Assembly: GCA_963794945.1 (NCBI GenBank)
Contig: CAWCFT010000009.1
Span: forward strand, 32,001-96,000
DNA length: 64,000 nucleotides
From: Endomicrobiales bacterium
GTDB taxonomy: Bacteria > Elusimicrobiota > Endomicrobiia > Endomicrobiales > CAWCFT01
Reading direction: 5' to 3'
Shown here: positions 25,226 to 37,521 of the stretch, piece after piece
Layout of the letters: every line of letters begins with the position of its first letter
Numbering within the stretch: position 1 is the stretch's first letter
Translations under genes and position numbers: made by a program
The notes under the pieces: model-generated
The model's input: the letters and a program-made list of their open reading frames with translations, nothing else
Databases searched by the model: none
What the model was told of the DNA's origin: nothing

Positions 25226-26107
25226 TTAATCTCCTTTCTTGCGTTCGTCTTTTCCAGTAAAAAAATGCATCATTACGGGTTTTGGTTTAACTCTGGAAGT
25301 TATGCCTTTAAGATAAACTTTATATTCCGGCACTAACTCTTTGACAAATTTTATCATTGACGCGAAATCATTGGCAGGATGATAACAGGTTATCGCCATT
25401 TTGGGTTTATGTTTTACTATTATATTTTTCGCCCCGGACAAGACTTCGGATTCGTACCCTTCAACATCCATCTTTATATAATCGACCTTGCTTTCACTCG
25501 TAAGGAGTTCATCTGCTGTAATCATCTTGCAAACAGCGCCTGATTCTGAAATCTCGCTTAGCACTCCAGCATCGGTTATCTTTACATCGCCGTTTTTTGA
25601 GCCGAGAGCCACATCGTGCAACATTACCTTCCCTGATGCCGTATATTCCAGAAATGTCCTGTTTAAAGCTCCAAACAATTTATGGTTTGGCTCTACAAGT
25701 ATTATTTTACCGCACCGGTTGACGATATTTAACGAAAAGAGCCCCTCGGCCGCCCCAATGTCTAATACTACGTCGCTTGCACCTACCCTTGTAAAAGGAT
25801 GTTCATAGAAATGCCAATCATGCCTGTCAAAGGTTTCACCTATTATAAGGTACAAGCCTTCAATATCACATTCCGCCGGCCAGTAAAGGTGATCTTTCAG
25901 GCCCTTTATTGAAACCTTCTTAAAACCATTCGATATCTCGATTGAAGTGATCCTGTTTAAAGCTTTCTTCCTTCCGGATGCTTTAAAAAGTATCCGTATA
26001 ACTTCATTGAACTTAACTTCATATCTATGTTTAAAAAGCCAGTTTGAAAATATCTTCAGCCTTCTTTTTAAAGATCTAACAGGAATAAGGCTGTTTATTG
26101 ATATCAT
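25226..26107 (-). CDS. FkbM family methyltransferase
   Basis: VLDIGAAEG, VEPN, DYIKMDVEGYESEVLSGA, ITCYH. Confidence 0.88.
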   Translation of the reverse strand: MISINSLIPVRSLKRRLKIFSNWLFKHRYEVKFNEVIRILFKASGRKKALNRITSIEISNGFKKVSIKGLKDHLYWPAECDIEGLYLIIGETFDRHDWHFYEHPFTRVGASDVVLDIGAAEGLFSLNIVNRCGKIILVEPNHKLFGALNRTFLEYTASGKVMLHDVALGSKNGDVKITDAGVLSEISESGAVCKMITADELLTSESKVDYIKMDVEGYESEVLSGAKNIIVKHKPKMAITCYHPANDFASMIKFVKELVPEYKVYLKGITSRVKPKPVMMHFFTGKDERKKGD

Positions 26108-26142
26108 ATTATTTCAAACTTCCATTTTCGCATATCCCTGCG

Positions 26143-26784
26143 CTATCTTTTCGCAGTTGCGAGGAATACGGAAAAAGTGTTTGTTTTTCCGTTAGCGGAA
26201 GGCTTGGATATTCTTCTTGCGGTGAAAAACCGCACGTCTTTAAAGCCTGCCTGAACCAGCATTTTTTTGAAATCTTCACGGCCAAACCCGTTATGAAAAA
26301 CACCGGTTGCATCTTCATGGAACTTACCGTTGTCGGGCTCCAGGTCAGCGATCGCCAGCGAGCCTGCTTTGTCAAGCACATTATAAAACTGTTTTAACAA
26401 CCCTGCTGGGTCTTTTATGTGGTGCAAGGCCATGCTGGAAGTTACAAGGTTGTAAGAGCCGGACAGAACACCGTTATTTTCCACATCTACAAGCTCCGCC
26501 CTGGTATTGCCGAAACCGAGCTTTTTAATTTTGCCGTTAAAAACATCCAGCATGCCTTGCGAGTTGTCAGTGCCGGTAACAGAATTTACAAAAGGCGCAA
26601 GTTTGAAAGAAAGTATCCCCGTGCCGCAGCCGAAGTCCAGCACATCCATTTTATCCGTGAGCTTCACGCGGGCTATAATTGAATCGCCAATATCCGTAGT
26701 TATTTTTCCTTTCATGGGGTTTTCGTCCCACAAAGCTGCTTCCTTGCTGAAATCACGTATTTCTGTAACCATTCCGACCTCCAA
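26143..26784 (-). CDS. Class I SAM-dependent methyltransferase
   Basis: VLDFGCGTG, DNSQGML, SSMALHHI. Confidence 0.88.
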   Translation of the reverse strand: MEVGMVTEIRDFSKEAALWDENPMKGKITTDIGDSIIARVKLTDKMDVLDFGCGTGILSFKLAPFVNSVTGTDNSQGMLDVFNGKIKKLGFGNTRAELVDVENNGVLSGSYNLVTSSMALHHIKDPAGLLKQFYNVLDKAGSLAIADLEPDNGKFHEDATGVFHNGFGREDFKKMLVQAGFKDVRFFTARRISKPSANGKTNTFSVFLATAKR

Positions 26785-26798
26785 TTCATTGTCGATCT

Positions 26799-27176
26799 TT
26801 ATCTCTCCGAATATTTTAGAAATTGCTTTATTTGGGACATAAAAGTATCCGGATTGATCGGCTTTTCAAGATACCCGCTGAAACCCATGCTCATGGCCTT
26901 TTCACGGTCTCCCGGCATCGCGAAAGAGGTTACGGCAACGACCGGAATAACGCTGGTAGCGGGGTCTTTTTTCAACTCGTTGATTACCGTGTAACCATCC
27001 ATCACAGGCAGTTGTATATCAAGCAGTATAAGGTCCGGTTTCTCCGCTATCGCGGTACTTATCCCCTTTTTGCCGTCCACCGCCGCGATCACTTCATACC
27101 CGTTCTTTTCGAGAATAAAAGTTACCAGATAGAGGTTCTGCTCATTGTCTTCTATAACCAGGATCTTTGGTCTCAT
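26799..27176 (-). CDS. Single-domain response regulator (DivK/CheY-like)
   Basis: ILVIEDN, PDLILLDIQLPVMDG, AVTSFAM, YLEKPI. Confidence 0.92.
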   Translation of the reverse strand: MRPKILVIEDNEQNLYLVTFILEKNGYEVIAAVDGKKGISTAIAEKPDLILLDIQLPVMDGYTVINELKKDPATSVIPVVAVTSFAMPGDREKAMSMGFSGYLEKPINPDTFMSQIKQFLKYSER

Positions 27177-27177
27177 G

Positions 27178-29516
27178 TTACTGCGCCTCCTTTGGCAACG
27201 AAAAACTGAATTTGCTCCCTTTTCCCAGCGCGCTTTCCAGTCTTATTTCCCCTCCGAGCATATCAATAAGCTTTTTGCATATGTAAAGGCCGAGGCCCGT
27301 GCCTTCAAAACGGCGGGTTATACCGTTCTCAGTCTGGTAGAACGGCTTAAACAGTTTCTCAATTTCTTCGCGTGCTATCCCTATGCCGGTATCCGAAACA
27401 GTGACAACGATATTTTTTCCATCCGTTCCGGCCTCAACACGCACTTCGCCTTTGTCCGTGAACTTCACCGCATTGCTCAAGAGGTTAAGGAGTATCTGCT
27501 CGAACCTCTGCCTGTCGCTGTTGATCGTTCCAATATTTTCCGGTACATTCAGCACAAGCGCGATGCTCTTCCTATCGGCAAGCGGTTTTGTACTGGACAC
27601 AGCATTTTCAATTGATTCGTAGATATTAAATGGTCTGCAAAATACGTGCATTTGCCCCGCTTCTATTTTGGAAATGTCCAAGACATCATTTATCAAAGCC
27701 AGCAAATGATTAGCGCTCGATTGCACCATTTTCATCTGTTTCGTTTGTTCTTCGTTGAGCTCGCCCACCAGGTTTTGAAGCATTATGCCCGTAAAACCTA
27801 TTATTGAGTTCAGCGGCGTGCGCAATTCGTGCGACATGGTGGCCAGGAAGGCTGACTTCAGCCGGTCGGACTCTTCTGCGCGGTCTCTCGCAACCGCCAG
27901 TTCAGCCGTGCGTTCCGTTACCCTCTTTTCAAGGTTCGCGTTCAGCTCGCGTATCGCCTCTTCTGCACGCTTTCGTTCAGTTATATCGCGGTTGATCGCC
28001 AGCGAATACCTTTCCCCCTTCAGCTCAAATATTGAAACATTTACTTCCTGGGCGAACTCAGTGCCGTCCTTTCTTCTCCCTCGTGTCTCATAAAAACCGG
28101 GAGCCTCTTTGCCGGCTGCTTCTCAACTTCATGTAGTTCTGATATCTGTTGTTTGTGGCTTGGCGCAACGTGGTCAAGAACAGAAGTTCCTTCAAGTTCT
28201 TTAAAACTTGTATATCCAAATAATTTCACCACAGCTGAGTTTCCAAACACTATAATTCCATTTTTTATAACAATAATAGCATCCCGCGAATTTTCAAAGA
28301 TCGCACGAAACTTGCTCTCGCTTTCTTGTAAAGCCTCTTCAGCCTGCTTGCGCTTGGTAATATCCGTAAGAACGGCGATGCGAGAAGCCCGCCCCTCAAA
28401 ATTAAACCCTTGTGAAAACACTTCGATCGTAATTGCTGTCCCGTCTTTTTTCAGATGATGCCATTCGCCGGCGTAGACATGCCCGTGTAATGTTTTTATT
28501 AAATCCACAAGAGCTTTCTTTTCTGGTTCCGGGTAAAGGTCCGTAAGATGCATCGCCAGGATCTCAGCCTTGCTGTACCCGTATTGCGCCAGAAAAGCGT
28601 CATTTACCGCTAACATATTTAGCGTTGCCGATTCGTATATCAGCATTGGAACGGGACTCTGCTCGAACAAATAACGATAATGCGTTTCACTGTCTTTTAA
28701 CGCTTTTTCAGCCTGTGCGCGTTCAGTGATATCGTGCACCATGCCGATCAGATGGGTACACGCACCGCGGGCATCGAAGACCGGCACAACCGTTACATGC
28801 CCGATCTTCTTGCCCATAGGATATTCCGACACTTCTTCCCATTGAGCGGGCAGCCTGCTCTGTATGGCTTCGCGGTATTTTTGAAAAACAATATCGTGCG
28901 AAGGCTGGGGAATGACGTCCCTTACAAGCTTGCCGACGATACGGTTCTCCGGCAGGCCTGTTATATCCAGAAACCGGCGATTGACCAGGGTGAAGCGGAA
29001 ATTGTCGTTAGGTTCAACAGCTACCGCGAAAACGACATCTGAAACGTTATTGAGTATCAACGAAAGCTGGGTTTCACTCTCTTTTAACTTCTCCCCCACT
29101 TGTTTGAGTTCGGTGATATCTATCCCAACGCTTTGGATTTCCTCTACCTTGCCGTTGACATCCTTTATTACCCGGTTGGTCCATGCGACATAAACTCGCT
29201 CGCCATTGCGGCGCACGTTCATATTGACGTTGTGCTCGTAGGAAGCGGGGTCAGTAAAGATCTGCTCCATCATCTTGCCCATGTCCCGCCCGTTTTCGTC
29301 AATCGCGGGGACTATGGTGTCCATGACATGCCGGCCTATGATCTCTTCGGCGGAATAACCGAAAAACCTCAGGCCGAAATTGTTAAGGAAAGTGATCTTG
29401 CCGTCATTTGTCCAGTTAAGGATTATGCAGTTGGCGTGCTCAACAAGTTCGCGGTATTTTCGGAGGGCAGTTTCAGCCTCTTCACGTTTAATGGTACTGT
29501 CATCATCTAAAAACAT
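27178..29516 (-). CDS. Multi-PAS sensor histidine kinase, frameshift near 28110-28130
   Basis: Four PAS/PAC repeats ending DITE/DITK; H-box MSHELRTPLN, NLLSNAVKFT, DTGIG, GTGLGL. Confidence 0.88.
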
Positions 29517-29550
29517 TTTTGCTGTGTTCCCCGCGCGGTTCCAAGTAGGT

Positions 29551-30801
29551 TTATTTTAAAGTAAAATAGAATTTCGCGCCTTCACCCGGCTTTGATTCGG
29601 CCCAAACCTTGCCGCCGTGCCGGTTCACGATCCTTTGAACTATAGCAAGCCCTACGCCTGTGCCTTCAAAATCATCGGCGCTGTGCAGCCTTTGGAACAC
29701 TCCAAAAAGCCTGCCAGCGTATTTCATATCAAATCCCACTCCGTTATCTTTCACGTAATACCGGTTATAATCTTCTATTTTCTCGCCTCCGATCTCTATC
29801 CTGGCTATGTTCTTGCCGGCCGAGAACTTGACGGCATTTGAGATAAGGTTCGTGAAAACCTGGCGGATCATAACAGGATCGCCTTTTGCCGCCGGCAAGT
29901 TGTTAATTATCACTTCTATTTCCCTTCCGGTATAATAGCTTTTCATATCATCCCATACGGCCTTAGCCAGCCCGGCCATATCAATTTCTTCGCTGCTGAT
30001 ATCACTGTGGGCGAGCTGCGAGAAATTCAGCATATCATCAATAAGCTTGTTCATTGTTGTAATATATTTTTTTATTACTCCCATGATCCTTTTTCCTTCA
30101 TCGTCCAGCTGTCCCGAATGGTCTTGCTCGAGAATAGACATAAATCCGTCGATCGCCCTTAATGGGGCTTTAAGGTCATGCGAAACAGAATATGAAAAAG
30201 ATTCCAATTCCTTATTCGCGTCCTGAAGCTGGGCCGTACGAGCCGATACTTTTACCTCAAGGGTTGTGTTCAGTCTCTTTATTTCCTCTGCACTTCGCTG
30301 TTGATCGGCCAGGGACTGCGAAAGTTGAAGCATTTTCGACTCCAGCTTATTAATAAGCACCTCGTTATATTGCTTAAAGAACTTTTCATCGTCTTTCCCG
30401 AGCTCAACAAACGGTTCGATCTTGTGGGTGCGGTTTTTCTCGATGACTGTCAGTAATATTTTAACAAGTTTATCCGGGTCTTCCGGCTTAATGATAAACT
30501 CGTCGGCCCCAAGGTTCAAGGCGAGTTCGCAGTCTTTCTCATCGGTATAAGTGGCGGTGTAGAATACAAATGGTATGTGTTGAAGCGTTTTATCCGATTT
30601 CCACTCGCGGCACAGGGTAAATCCATCCATAACCGGCATCAGTATATCCGAAACAACTATATCCGGAGGATTCTTCCGCGCCAGATTAAGCGCTTCAACT
30701 CCATTTTTTGCAAGGCTTACCTGGTAACCGTGCTTTTTTAACAAGATCTCTATCATATATAGGTTCTGCTCATTGTCATCCACTACCAGTATTGTTGACA
30801 T
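29551..30801 (-). CDS. Hybrid receiver-histidine kinase
   Basis: N-terminal REC (VDDN, SDILMPVMDG); FSYSVSHDLKAPLR, NLISNAVKF, DNGVGF, FQRLH, GTGVGL. Confidence 0.92.
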   Translation of the reverse strand: MSTILVVDDNEQNLYMIEILLKKHGYQVSLAKNGVEALNLARKNPPDIVVSDILMPVMDGFTLCREWKSDKTLQHIPFVFYTATYTDEKDCELALNLGADEFIIKPEDPDKLVKILLTVIEKNRTHKIEPFVELGKDDEKFFKQYNEVLINKLESKMLQLSQSLADQQRSAEEIKRLNTTLEVKVSARTAQLQDANKELESFSYSVSHDLKAPLRAIDGFMSILEQDHSGQLDDEGKRIMGVIKKYITTMNKLIDDMLNFSQLAHSDISSEEIDMAGLAKAVWDDMKSYYTGREIEVIINNLPAAKGDPVMIRQVFTNLISNAVKFSAGKNIARIEIGGEKIEDYNRYYVKDNGVGFDMKYAGRLFGVFQRLHSADDFEGTGVGLAIVQRIVNRHGGKVWAESKPGEGAKFYFTLK

Positions 30802-31128
30802 ATTAGCTATCCTCCAAACTGCTGCAGAAAACGTTAGTCATAAATTAAAAAAGCCCATGTATCCTTGCAAACACTGAGCTCAGTTATTAAGGCCTTAAAT
30901 AGTTCAAACTATTTACAGTTATAAGTTTCCTATGAAAATTAATATAAAAGCGTTTTATGTGTGCACTACGGGCATTCATACTAAGCCCTCCCCGACACAT
31001 ATCATAAACTGCTGACAATATGCAGATCGTACTTCCTGACTTCCACTTAATTTATTGTATACATTCTAGACGGTTTTTGCAAACTTGGGACGACACAATA
31101 CACTGCCTTTAATCAGGACTTTGCCAAT

Positions 31129-31945
31129 TTACGTTATTTTGGTCACAGTTGCGCACATGCACACACCAAAAATGATTATATAACCAGAAATATATATCCA
31201 TAGCATGAGAGTCATAATTCCGCCTACTACCCCGTAGGCAACCGTAAAACTTGTCAAAGAATTTAAATAAATAAGAAACAATGCCTGACAGAACGCTGAG
31301 AAGTATTGTTACGAATAAGGCAGGCAAACATACTTCAGAATATTTTAATTTTCGCCGGGGCGCTATCTTGTAAAAAATACTAATCCCGAAAAACATTACA
31401 AAGAAAGGAATAATGATTGATGTGATCTTATATATAGTAAACAAGCCCGTATGTACTTTAAAATACGCGGCACTGACCAGTCTTGAAACCGCCGGAACCG
31501 TCATTCCTACCAGCGCTATTACGATCATAATTACCAGCATCACGAGGCTTTTTAAGGGCAGTTCCAGCCAATCGTAAACTTTCTCGTCCCATGCCCGCGA
31601 AGCCGTATGTGTAAGTATTTTAATAAAATTGATCGAACTCCAGATAACAACTATTGTCGCCATAATACCCGCCTCTGTATGCACTTTCATAAAATCCACA
31701 ATAGGCTTGAATAACTCATGCCTCACATTTGTAGTAACGGGCAACAAACTCGCTATATACCCAATAACAATGCGCCTTGCGGTAGTTTGATCTATGAACG
31801 TGGAAATTATTGTGGTAAAAAGTATTATCAAAGGGAACAAGGAAAAGAAAGTGTAGTAAGCGAACGCCGCCGCGCGCTGGGCGCCGTCGATATGCGAAAA
31901 CTTCTTTTGTCCGTTTAAAAGTGTTGCCCAGGCTTTTCTGATCAT
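31129..31945 (-). CDS. YihY/BrkB family membrane protein, frameshift near 31240
   Basis: AAAFAYYTFFSLFP; the shifted frame gives YGVVGGIMTLMLWIY to a stop at 31129. Confidence 0.8.
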
Positions 31946-32052
31946 TTTATTTTTCCAATTATTGAACTTGTTAAATATGTCCGGCTTTATAGCGTAATTC
32001 TGTATCAGGCTTTCATCACTAAACTGTTGCCGAAGCCATTTTTTGCTATTTT

Positions 32053-32136
32053 TGTCATTTCGGCCGAAGGGAGAAATCTTTGTTTCATTTATACATCAAG
32101 ATCTCTCGTCTCGCGCATGGCGGGACTCGAGATAAT
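32053..32136. repeat. Palindromic TGTCAT...GAGAT(G/A)A element, copy 1
   Basis: tgtcatttcggccgaagggagaaatct...agatctctcgtctcgc...gcgggactcgagataa, homologous to 33976-34056. Confidence 0.6.
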
Positions 32137-32293
32137 AGACAACCAGTTCGGCACCAAGCACCTAACTTAACTAGCTATTTTTTGCGATAATGCATCTTAT
32201 CTCACAACATTATGAAAATCTTACATATTAAATTCCATGTTTGCAAGGCAAGTAAGCCTGTATTTTTAAACTTATCCTTTCTAATTCGCGGCA

Positions 32294-33886
32294 TCAAAGG
32301 CCAAGGAATTTCTTGATGTCGGCAAGGTTTGCTTTGGACTTTTCAAGTTCGCCCCTTTTAGAGGCCCTCTCTTCTTCGGTTTTTGTGGGGTCTGCCGATT
32401 CCATTTCAAGCCTTGCGATCTCAGAATCAAGTGCGCTGAAGTCGCCAAAGGCGGCCGTGGCGTGCTGGCCTGAGGCAGGCCCGTCAGGTAAGTCAGATTG
32501 CTTCACTCCACTACACGCAGGCGGGCAGGCTGCTTCGCCCGCTAAGACGGTCTCGGGATTGTCTTTGCGAACCGGAGGTGAAGCAACCTCGCTGTTATCA
32601 GTTCCTGTTGTTGGTGTTTGAGTTACACTGTTATCAGGCTGGGGCTGTAGACCGTTCTTTTTCATGGCGTCAAGCTGGGACTGGAGCTTTTGGATGGACA
32701 TATTAATTCCTGTTTTTTGCGCGTCGGTTAAATCTGGGCTCCCCAGGGCCTTTTTCAATTGGGCTACCTGGGCTTCAAACCCTGATTCTACCGCAGCCTG
32801 TCCGCCCTCTTTTAGTTTTTTTAGCTGCGCCAATTGCTCCGGATTGAGGCTACTTATGGGCTTGGCCATAAGCTCTTTAAGCTTGTCCTTTTTGGCCTGG
32901 ATCTGCTGCCTGATGCCGGACGAATCAAGACCGGCCTTTTCGGCTTTTCTGGCGCCCTCTTCCGCAAGCTTTATCGCTTTCTTTGCCTTGGCAATGTCAT
33001 CCTTGCGCGCCTTGTCAAAAGCCTTGGCTGCCTTTTGGGCAGTCGGGTTGGGCGTTGCTTGCTCCAGCTGTGCCTGCTCATCAAACCATTTCTGGTATGC
33101 CTCTGTAGCGATCTTGCTGAAGTCCGCAACCGGGAGTACAGTCTGGGTGTCCCAAACAATATGAACGCCTTTGCCTGCCTTAGCTATCCTGATGCCTTTG
33201 GCCCTGCCTGGGCGGGTCTTCGGCTTTGGCGCACTACCTGCCGCCTGCTTGACAGCCTCCGCCTGCCCGGCAGGGTCGGGTGACGCTGACAAGGCTTTAT
33301 TGACTAGATTTTCAAGCTGTTTTACTGTAAAACCTTCCTTTACACAATGCTCTATCATGACTTTCTGGGCTTCCGGATTTCCTAACCTTGTTATTTGAAA
33401 CAGATGGGTAACATCAATTATACCTCGAGGTATAATTTTTATAACCTCTTCAGGAAGCCCGGCTATGGCCACATACTGGCTTACACATTTTTGTGTTACG
33501 CCAAGGTCTTTAGCCAGTTCCTCCTGGCTCTTTTTTCCAGCTTTCATGGCCACAATATATGAGCGGCCCTCATCTATGGGGTCTACGCCATCCCTGACGT
33601 TCTCCTTTATCATTATCATAACCTTGTCATAATCGCTGACATTTTCCTTAACAAGGCAGCTTATCTGTGTCCAGCCGGCTTGTTTAGCACCCTCAAGCCG
33701 GAGGTCACCCGCTAAAAGCTCATTGCTACCGGCGCCATCAGGTATGGGTGTAACTGTGATATCGTGAAGCTGGCCCGTTTGTTTAAGCTCTTCCGCCATT
33801 TTCGCGATGCTTTCCGGGCTGTGCTTGCGGAACCTATCGGGAACGTAAATCCTGGCAATGTCTATCAAACGCTTTTCGTCCGGCAT
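32294..33886 (-). CDS. ParB/Spo0J-like protein with long Lys/Ala/Gln-rich C-terminal extension
   Basis: ParB N-domain (GQLHDITV, LLAGDLRLEGA, ENVR), HTH SQEELAKDLGVTQKCVSQY. Confidence 0.75.
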   Translation of the reverse strand: MPDEKRLIDIARIYVPDRFRKHSPESIAKMAEELKQTGQLHDITVTPIPDGAGSNELLAGDLRLEGAKQAGWTQISCLVKENVSDYDKVMIMIKENVRDGVDPIDEGRSYIVAMKAGKKSQEELAKDLGVTQKCVSQYVAIAGLPEEVIKIIPRGIIDVTHLFQITRLGNPEAQKVMIEHCVKEGFTVKQLENLVNKALSASPDPAGQAEAVKQAAGSAPKPKTRPGRAKGIRIAKAGKGVHIVWDTQTVLPVADFSKIATEAYQKWFDEQAQLEQATPNPTAQKAAKAFDKARKDDIAKAKKAIKLAEEGARKAEKAGLDSSGIRQQIQAKKDKLKELMAKPISSLNPEQLAQLKKLKEGGQAAVESGFEAQVAQLKKALGSPDLTDAQKTGINMSIQKLQSQLDAMKKNGLQPQPDNSVTQTPTTGTDNSEVASPPVRKDNPETVLAGEAACPPACSGVKQSDLPDGPASGQHATAAFGDFSALDSEIARLEMESADPTKTEEERASKRGELEKSKANLADIKKFLGL

Positions 33887-33975
33887 GTTGAACTCCTTTT
33901 GAAATGTATTTACCCCCCCCCCTCTTTGTGCATAAAGAGGGGAAACGCCATCATTGACCTTTGCCTTTCTTATGA

Positions 33976-34056
33976 TGTCATTTTGAAACGTAGTGAGAAA
34001 TCTCTACACACTTTACAAAATATCTCTCACCCCGCCTTGCGGGATTCGAGATGACA
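33976..34056. repeat. Palindromic TGTCAT...ATGACA element, copy 2
   Basis: tgtcattttgaaacgtagtgagaaatct...atatctctcaccccgccttgcgggattcgagatgaca; terminal TGTCAT/ATGACA pair. Confidence 0.65.
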
Positions 34057-34288
34057 GGCTCATAAAACAAAAAAACCACACCGCGCGTTATGCGCAATAT
34101 GGTTTACGATTTCAAGACCGTTGCAAACCCAAGAAATTAAACAGCATTTATCCCCCGAATCAATGCCATGACAGGAAGATTTTATAAATTAATTTAAAGT
34201 TTTTCAAGCGGATCATCGCCGCTATCTTCAAATACCGGGCCAGAATGACAAAGCAGGAGATTCCAGCTTATTGATCGATTCGATGATG

Positions 34289-36494
<2,206 letters not shown>

Positions 36495-36716
36495 TTTATT
36501 TGCTCCTTAAATTTTGCTGTTCTATAGATCAATTCATAATCACATTTTCTGCAAATGAGGTGGAAAGCAGTTAGTAATATTTTACTTTTTAAATTAATTG
36601 TTTTACTGATTTTTTTCTTTTAAATACTGACGTATTTCTACATGCAACAAAAAACATTTATTAAAAAGACAACCACACCGAACAATAGCCGGTATGGTTT
36701 AAATATTTATAAATAT

Positions 36717-36794
36717 TGGGGTGGCTGACGGGATTTGAACCCGCTGCCTCCTGAGCCACAGTCAGGCGCTCTAACCAGATGAGCTACAACCACC
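36717..36794 (-). tRNA. tRNA-His(GTG) with G-1 and encoded CCA
   Basis: Acceptor GTGGTTG/CAGCCAC, anticodon arm CCTGA-CTGTGGC-TCAGG, T-loop GTTCAAAT. Confidence 0.95.
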
Positions 36795-36802
36795 TTTTGT
36801 CG

Positions 36803-36950
36803 CACCCTTCGCTTGCGCTCAGGGCGAATATCGTTTCGGCCTTGAAAGGTATTCGTTCGCCTTCGGCAAACTGACGGCCGAAATGCTCCCGAAGGGAAAC
36901 GCAGTTTCCCTTTCGCGCTCGTCCGCCTGAGGCGGATTCGCTGAACCTTC
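36803..36950. repeat. Cluster of short GC-rich REP-like hairpins in the tRNA spacer
   Basis: tttcggcc...ggccgaaa, aagggaaac-gca-gtttccctt, ccgcc-tga-ggcgg. Confidence 0.5.
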
Positions 36951-37067
36951 CCAATATGTTAACTTCTTATCAATTTTGAACAGCTATAAGATTTAAGCTC
37001 TAAGTATAATCAAGACATCTATCCGTAAAACTTTCTTACCGCTTAAAGCTTACCGCTTGTTTAAAAG

Positions 37068-37141
37068 CGTCTCCGGCGTGACTTGAACACGCAACCTACT
37101 GCTTAGAAGGCAGTTGCTCTATCCAATTGAGCTACGGAGAC
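37068..37141 (-). tRNA. tRNA-Arg(TCT), CCA not encoded
   Basis: Acceptor GTCTCCG/CGGAGAC, anticodon arm ACTGC-CTTCTAA-GCAGT, T-loop GTTCAAGT. Confidence 0.95.
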
Positions 37142-37253
37142 ACCTAATAAGCAGAAGTATTATAACATACAACGTGTTTTTAGTCAAACAAAGGGCTATT
37201 CGGCTTGATTAATTAATGAATATTAAATATACTTAGCTGGAAGCCCAATCCAT

Positions 37254-37514
37254 ATGCCATATGTAAAAAAATACCATTCCTATTCTTATAAGTATAAGCG
37301 CAAATCAACAATATCATTGAAAACGGTATTGACAATCGTGCTTATTTCCAGCGCTGCCGGCCTGCTTGCCTTGCTCATAAGCAGTTTGATGACCCCTGCC
37401 CCCTACAAGAAGGCCGAGATCGTGGACTCAGTAATAAAGAGATACAAAGACAACTACGGCGAGAACTGGAAAGAGAAACTTAAACAGGACTACGGCGCTT
37501 ATATCAACAAATAG
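37254..37514 (+). CDS. Small single-TM hypothetical protein
   Basis: 86 aa: basic N-terminus, one hydrophobic helix, charged C-terminus. Confidence 0.6.
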   Translation: MPYVKKYHSYSYKYKRKSTISLKTVLTIVLISSAAGLLALLISSLMTPAPYKKAEIVDSVIKRYKDNYGENWKEKLKQDYGAYINK

Positions 37515-37521
37515 CCGGCCG

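Noticed and set aside
30802..31108. Riboswitch (e.g. c-di-GMP) upstream of the two-component genes
   Set aside because: Only short palindromes (ACTGAGCTCAGT); no recognisable aptamer consensus.
32294..33886. Prophage, plasmid or ICE around the ParB-like gene
   Set aside because: No integrase, ParA, replication or structural genes nearby; the flanks are yihY and katG.
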